In this document: one piece after another, positions 60,691 through 64,000 of the stretch | Layout: each line of letters starts with the position of its first letter | Position numbering within the stretch: the stretch's first letter is position 1 | DNA from: a virus | Lineage: Duplodnaviria > Heunggongvirae > Uroviricota > Caudoviricetes > Demerecviridae | DNA: 64,000 nucleotides | Strand: one strand, 5' to 3' | IMG/VR virus record: IMGVR_UViG_2974604416_000001 | Location: 1-64,000 of that record | Translations under genes and position numbers: made by a program | Notes under the pieces: generated by a model | Database searches by the model: none | Seen by the model: the letters and a program-made list of their open reading frames with translations, nothing else | What the model was told of the DNA's origin: nothing

Positions 60691-60765
60691 GGGGATGTAG
60701 CTCAATGGGAGAGCAGCGGACTCTAAATTCGCCGGTTGTGGGTTCGAGTCCCATCATCTCCACCA
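60691..60765 (+). tRNA. amber suppressor tRNA, anticodon CUA, with alanine identity elements (G3:U70, A73)
   Basis: GGGGATG-TA-GCTC-AATGGGA-GAGC-A-GCGGA-CUCUAAA-TTCGC-CGGTT-GTGGG-TTCGAGT-CCCAT-CATCTCC-A-CCA; anticodon C60723 U60724 A60725; the acceptor closely resembles the adjacent tRNA-Ala. Confidence 0.75.
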
Positions 60766-60771
60766 AATTTA

Positions 60772-60845
60772 GGGGAATTAGTGATAATGGTAGCACTTCT
60801 GCCTTGCACGCAGAAAGCGAGGGTTCGATTCCCTCATTCTCCACC
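60772..60845 (+). tRNA. tRNA-Ala(UGC)
   Basis: acceptor GGGGAAT/ATTCTCC with G3:U70; loop CUUGCAC; A73. Confidence 0.65.
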
Positions 60846-60854
60846 AATTTCATT

Positions 60855-60929
60855 CTCTGGGTAGGCAAGTGGTATGTCGTCTGGTTTGGGGCCAGAAAGT
60901 CGAGTGTTCGATTCACTCTCCAGAGACCA
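60855..60929 (+). tRNA. tRNA-Pro(UGG)
   Basis: anticodon stem TCTGG/CCAGA; loop UUUGGGG. Confidence 0.55.
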
Positions 60930-60953
60930 ATCTTCTTAGTAAGGATTCTTAGT

Positions 60954-61154
60954 ATGAGAAATAAAACTAAGATGTTTATTACAAAACATCGAGGTGAACA
61001 GTATATTCAGAAAACTGGAACCTTAAATTTTATATCTCTAAAAGACGGAAGTATGATTCCTGGGGACGTAGCCGAAGAATTGGATAGACTGAATAAGTTT
61101 AAACGTGATTTCGGGTCAGAAACTGGATGGAAGTTCATCTTTACTATACCTTAA
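60954..61154 (+). CDS. small protein (66 aa) inside the tRNA array
   Basis: TAAGGA RBS plus ATG. Confidence 0.35.
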   Translation: MRNKTKMFITKHRGEQYIQKTGTLNFISLKDGSMIPGDVAEELDRLNKFKRDFGSETGWKFIFTIP

Positions 61155-61157
61155 TTG

Positions 61158-61233
61158 ACGCGCTTGGGAGGTAAGGTATCTCACTGGTCTCATAAGCCAG
61201 TAGAAGTGGGTTCGATTCCCACTTGCGCAACCA
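61158..61233 (+). tRNA. tRNA-Met/Ile2-like (CAU) with a poorly paired acceptor stem
   Basis: anticodon stem CTGGT/GCCAG; loop CUCAUAA; standard T-arm and CCA. Confidence 0.4.
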
Positions 61234-61420
61234 AATTAGTGCCTTGTACTTTTCCTGCTTGGCATTAGTAACCTTGAGCTTACAAGGTAAAAGAAAGCCT
61301 GTTCAGGCAATCCACTTTCCCTGTTAAATAAGGTGGATATTGGTAGTAGAAATGTGTGAGACCGTCAGAGGGCACTACCCTTCCTCTGTCCCCGTATTAA
61401 GGTAAGCGGGCCAAATTAAT
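61234..61420 (+). ncRNA. 187-nt non-coding spacer (candidate structured RNA)
   Basis: several inverted repeats (for example ccttgta...tacaagg); no ORF and no tRNA fold. Confidence 0.2.
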
Positions 61421-61497
61421 GCTCTCGTGATGGAATTGGCATACATACTACGCTTAGAACGTAGGTTCTGTGGGTTCGAGTCCCACCGAGAGTACCA
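61421..61497 (+). tRNA. tRNA with Leu anticodon UAG but a class I (short) variable arm
   Basis: anticodon stem CTACG/CGTAG; loop CUUAGAA; 5-nt variable loop. Confidence 0.5.
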
Positions 61498-61503
61498 AAT
61501 TAT

Positions 61504-61581
61504 AGAGGGGTAGCTCCAAGTGGTTAGAGCATTCGTTTCATACGCGAACGCGTGTCGGTTCGATTCCGACTCCCTCTACCA
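61504..61581 (+). tRNA. tRNA with a compressed anticodon arm (stem TTCG/CGAA, loop UUUCAUA or 5-nt UUCAU)
   Basis: normal acceptor, D and T arms; the anticodon arm is 2 nt short; anticodon ambiguous (CAU or UCA). Confidence 0.35.
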
Positions 61582-61597
61582 AATTATGTATTGAGTA

Positions 61598-61669
61598 GTT
61601 GCTGTAGTTCAGTAGGTAGAACAGCCCTCTCATCGGGGTACGTCGAAGGTTCGAATCCTTCCAGCAGAT
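61598..61669 (+). tRNA. tRNA-like gene, irregular anticodon arm, no encoded CCA
   Basis: D-arm TAGTTCAGTAGGTAGAAC and T-arm GAAGGTTCGAATCCTTC present. Confidence 0.3.
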
Positions 61670-61963
61670 AATCTCAATATGTGATAACACAACTGAATGT
61701 GGGTTCGACTCCCATCTCTGGCAATCCCAGGGTAGCCTTAATGGTAAAGGCAGAGGTTGTGGTGCCAAAGTCGGGCACAGAAAAACAGACTAATAAATAC
61801 AGAGTTGGCCGCTGCCACTGCCCTGTCACGTCAGGGACTACTAAAAACGTAGAACCCTTCAGCAAGGTTCCCTCTCTGTATAACGCGCGCAATACTTGAG
61901 CCTTGCAAGTATAAAGAAAGGCAGCTAATAAGTGCTTTCCAAAGAGAGTATTTATTAGTTAAT

Positions 61964-62040
61964 GGGGAAATGACGGAACTGGCATACGTGTCATCTTCAA
62001 ACGGTGAATTTTCTGGGTTCGACTCCCAGTTTCCCTACCA
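61964..62040 (+). tRNA. tRNA with Leu anticodon CAA but a class I variable arm
   Basis: anticodon stem TCATC/GGTGA; loop UUCAAAC; acceptor GGGGAAA/TTTCCCT. Confidence 0.5.
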
Positions 62041-62124
62041 AAATTAGTACTACCTTGGGAGAATGCGTTTCGGTACCGAGGCAAAATTCAAGAGTGGGAT
62101 TAAAGGCCCTTTTGGTAGTACTTT

Positions 62125-62199
62125 GGAGCTGTAGCTGAAATGGATTAGTACGTGGTTGAAACCCACGGGATGTTGGATCGTTACCAACCGGCTCCACCA
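62125..62199 (+). tRNA. tRNA-Phe(GAA)
   Basis: anticodon stem CGTGG/CCACG; loop UUGAAAC. Confidence 0.55.
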
Positions 62200-62206
62200 A
62201 ATTAAT

Positions 62207-62281
62207 GCGGCTATAGTGTTAATGGTAACACGAGACCTTGCCAAGGTTTAATTATCGGTTCGAGTCCGATTAGTCGCTCCA
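62207..62281 (+). tRNA. tRNA-Gly(GCC)
   Basis: loop UUGCCAA; discriminator U. Confidence 0.6.
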
Positions 62282-62286
62282 ATTAC

Positions 62287-62360
62287 GCAGTTAAGCACGA
62301 GGTGTGTCGCCGGCCTTCCAAGCCGCGCAGAGTAGGGTTCGATTCCCTCTAGCTGCTCCA
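62287..62360 (+). tRNA. tRNA-Gly(UCC)
   Basis: loop CUUCCAA; discriminator U. Confidence 0.5.
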
Positions 62361-62440
62361 ATTTGGTTCCCTCGAAGCTGGGACGTAAGCACAAGATTAA
62401 ATCGGAAGCCTTTAACGTCTTGTGGCCAAAAACTAATTAT

Positions 62441-62515
62441 GGGGCTATAGTATAATGGCTATTATCGGTCACTGTCTATGACAAGATGAGGGTTCGATTC
62501 CCTCTAGTCCCGCCA
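62441..62515 (+). tRNA. tRNA-Asp(GUC)-like
   Basis: loop CUGUCUA. Confidence 0.45.
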
Positions 62516-62521
62516 AATTCC

Positions 62522-62597
62522 GGTTCCATCGTTTATGTGGATAAGATACCTCCCTGTCACGGAGGAGTACAGGGTTCGAACCCCTGTGGAACCGCCA
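62522..62597 (+). tRNA. tRNA-Asp(GUC)
   Basis: anticodon stem CCTCC/GGAGG; loop CUGUCAC. Confidence 0.6.
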
Positions 62598-62604
62598 AAT
62601 TAAT

Positions 62605-62680
62605 GCTTCCATCGACTAAGCGGTTAGGTCGTCAGACTTTCAATCTGAAAATGCGAGTTCGATCCTCGCTGGAAGTACCA
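62605..62680 (+). tRNA. tRNA-Glu(UUC) second copy
   Basis: anticodon stem TCAGA/TCTGA; loop CUUUCAA. Confidence 0.55.
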
Positions 62681-62923
62681 AATTCAGAGCGCAGGCAATA
62701 GGGACTCCGGTGCGGTGGTTGCCAATAGTTACGCAGCGACGAGTGAGACCTCTGAATAAAAAGCAACCTGGCCCTCTCCCAGCAATGGTGATGGAGCTTC
62801 CTTTCCTGTAACAAGGTTCCAGTCCGCGACGGGTAAAAGGTTACATACAGACAATATAAGACCTGAGCTTACAGGTGAAAGGGAGATTGGGTTTGTCTTT
62901 CAACCGTACCTCCCAAGTATTTT
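62681..62923 (+). ncRNA. 243-nt non-coding spacer (candidate structured RNA)
   Basis: inverted repeats ttcagag...ctctgaa; no tRNA fold. Confidence 0.2.
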
Positions 62924-62999
62924 GCTAGGTTCGTACAGCAGGTTAGTACAGACGGCTGATAACCGTCAGACACAGGTTCGAGTCCTGTACCTAGTACCA
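62924..62999 (+). tRNA. tRNA-Ile(GAU)
   Basis: anticodon stem GACGG/CCGTC; loop CUGAUAA. Confidence 0.6.
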
Positions 63000-63005
63000 A
63001 TTTAT

Positions 63006-63081
63006 AGTGTGTTAGCTCAGTAGGTAGAGCAGGCTCTTGATAAGGGTCAGGTCACTGGTTCAAATCCAGTACGCACTACCA
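63006..63081 (+). tRNA. tRNA-Ile(GAU) second copy
   Basis: loop UUGAUAA. Confidence 0.55.
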
Positions 63082-63085
63082 ATTT

Positions 63086-63160
63086 GTTTGGTTAGTTTAA
63101 TAGGCAAAACACCGCCTTGGTAAGGCGGAATCGCAGGTTCGACTCCTGCACTGAACACCA
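63086..63160 (+). tRNA. tRNA-Thr(GGU)
   Basis: anticodon stem CCGCC/GGCGG; loop UUGGUAA. Confidence 0.6.
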
Positions 63161-63332
63161 GAAGTGCATTCAAGCCTATGAGAGTTATATGCTTGTAAAT
63201 ATCTCTTGTAACTCCCAGTTAGAAAGAGTACCCTAGCTGGTAAAACTAGAAGGTATCCCGCTGCGCGTACTAACCGCCAAGTTGTAAGAACTAAGTAGTT
63301 AGTAGGGTTGAAAGGGCAACCCACTCATTTTT

Positions 63333-63407
63333 GCTCCTAAAGCATTGCTGGCGATGCAGTTGCCTTGTAAGCATCTGAACTAGGTTCGATTCCTAGTGGG
63401 AGCACCA
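63333..63407 (+). tRNA. tRNA-Thr(UGU)
   Basis: loop CUUGUAA. Confidence 0.55.
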
Positions 63408-63413
63408 ATTTAC

Positions 63414-63504
63414 GGAAGATTAGTCTAATGGTAAGGCAGCTGTTTGCTAAACAGTCGGACACCTAAGTAGGGTCTTACAGGTTCGAGTCCTGTATCTTCC
63501 ACCA
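63414..63504 (+). tRNA. tRNA-Ser(GCU), class II
   Basis: loop UUGCUAA; long variable arm. Confidence 0.6.
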
Positions 63505-63519
63505 ATTTCTGGAGTGTTG

Positions 63520-63750
63520 ATGAACTACGCCAAGAAAATTGCTAAAAAGCAAGAAAAGATTAGCAAACTCCAGCTAGAACTAGCGCAGCTAGTTATGGAG
63601 TTTCAAGATTCCTGTACACATACATATGTTCCAGTAAGGCACTGGGATGACGATGATGGGTACTCTAAGCGTCTTTGCACTCACTACACTGAGTTTAGAT
63701 GTGTTCATTGTAAGCACACAACCGTAGAGGCTAAGACCTTTAATAGTTAA
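63520..63750 (+). CDS. small zinc-ribbon protein (76 aa)
   Basis: GGAG RBS plus ATG; CTH...CVHCKH cluster. Confidence 0.4.
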   Translation: MNYAKKIAKKQEKISKLQLELAQLVMEFQDSCTHTYVPVRHWDDDDGYSKRLCTHYTEFRCVHCKHTTVEAKTFNS

Positions 63751-63751
63751 T

Positions 63752-63841
63752 AGAAGGTTCGCATAATGGTATTGCAGCAGCTTGGAAAGCTGTAGACACC
63801 TAAGTAGGGTCTTGTGGGTTCGAGTCCCACACCTTCTGCCA
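63752..63841 (+). tRNA. tRNA-Ser(GGA), class II
   Basis: anticodon stem GCAGC/GCTGT; loop UUGGAAA; long variable arm shared with tRNA-Ser(GCU). Confidence 0.55.
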
Positions 63842-63844
63842 ATT

Positions 63845-63932
63845 ATGGGCAACGTAGGCAAATGGTAAAGCTGGTCTCTTGTAGCTTTGGCGAACGAGAC
63901 GTTTGTGGGTTCGAGTCCCACCGTATACCCAC
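63845..63932 (+). tRNA. tRNA-like gene, unresolved (possibly an 8-nt anticodon loop)
   Basis: T-arm GTGGGTTCGAGTCCCAC; internal hairpin AAAGCTG-GTCTCTTG-TAGCTTT. Confidence 0.3.
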
Positions 63933-63936
63933 TTCT

Positions 63937-64000
63937 TTTGGAAGGTCAATCCGACAGCAGGCGACGGAACTTGTCTTGAAAACAAGCGAGGTTTAATAGA
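63937..64000 (+). tRNA. tRNA-Ser(UGA), 5' part (truncated by the window end)
   Basis: anticodon stem CTTGT/ACAAG; loop CUUGAAA. Confidence 0.4.

Noticed and set aside
61504-61669. Second suppressor (opal, anticodon UCA) suggested by two irregular anticodon loops (UUUCAUA and UCUCAUC)
   Set aside because: The folds are ambiguous, and CAU readings are equally possible. No in-frame TGA was seen in any gene examined, and the polymerase terminates with TGA.

Overview
This looks like the early/replication region of a large T5-like (Demerecviridae-type) virulent phage. About 95 kb-scale features are visible in the 64 kb window: positions 1-50000 are almost entirely minus-strand genes, 51600-57600 hold plus-strand genes, and 58700-64000 is a large plus-strand tRNA array of at least 30 tRNA genes driven by tandem consensus sigma70 promoters.

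Recognisable genes include:
- NAD salvage: NAMPT and a PRPP synthetase.
- Nucleotide metabolism: class Ia RNR (nrdA/nrdB), NrdH-like redoxin, anaerobic RNR (nrdD), thymidylate synthase, DHFR, dNMP kinase, a MazG-like protein.
- Replication: PolA-family DNA polymerase, DnaG-like primase, DnaB-like helicase, an SF2 helicase, a 975-aa primase-polymerase/SF3-helicase-like protein, a two-subunit NAD-dependent DNA ligase, RNase H, DEDDh exonucleases, PhoH, a DNA methyltransferase.
- RNA repair: an RNA ligase, a polynucleotide kinase and metallophosphatases.
- Other: a Lom/Ail-like outer membrane protein.

A conserved extended -10 promoter plus RBS cassette (TGnTATAAT-ATTTATATAAATTGAGAGG) is repeated at least 17 times in front of minus-strand genes. 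Rho-independent terminators are frequent.

The main discovery is that TAG (amber) is a sense codon here. Many conserved genes have coding frames that run straight through multiple in-frame TAG codons, at 1 to 8 percent of codons; the plus-strand ORF 54484-56652 has about 50 TAGs. These genes are nrdA, nrdB, phoH, the SF2 helicase, the DnaG-like primase, the DnaB-like helicase, dNMP kinase, the methyltransferase, codon 4 of nrdD, and a 723-codon plus-strand ORF.

The tRNA array encodes a tRNA with anticodon CUA at 60691-60765. It has a G3:U70 pair and A73, which are the alanine identity elements. It lies immediately after a consensus promoter and next to the canonical tRNA-Ala(UGC). Genes containing TAG look depleted in GCN alanine codons. 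I therefore propose a phage-encoded amber-to-alanine recoding system.

Other genes (DNA polymerase, NAMPT, PRPP synthetase, the 975-aa primase-helicase, thyA, ligase) contain no TAG at all, so usage is strikingly bimodal. TAA, and occasionally TGA, are the stop codons in use.
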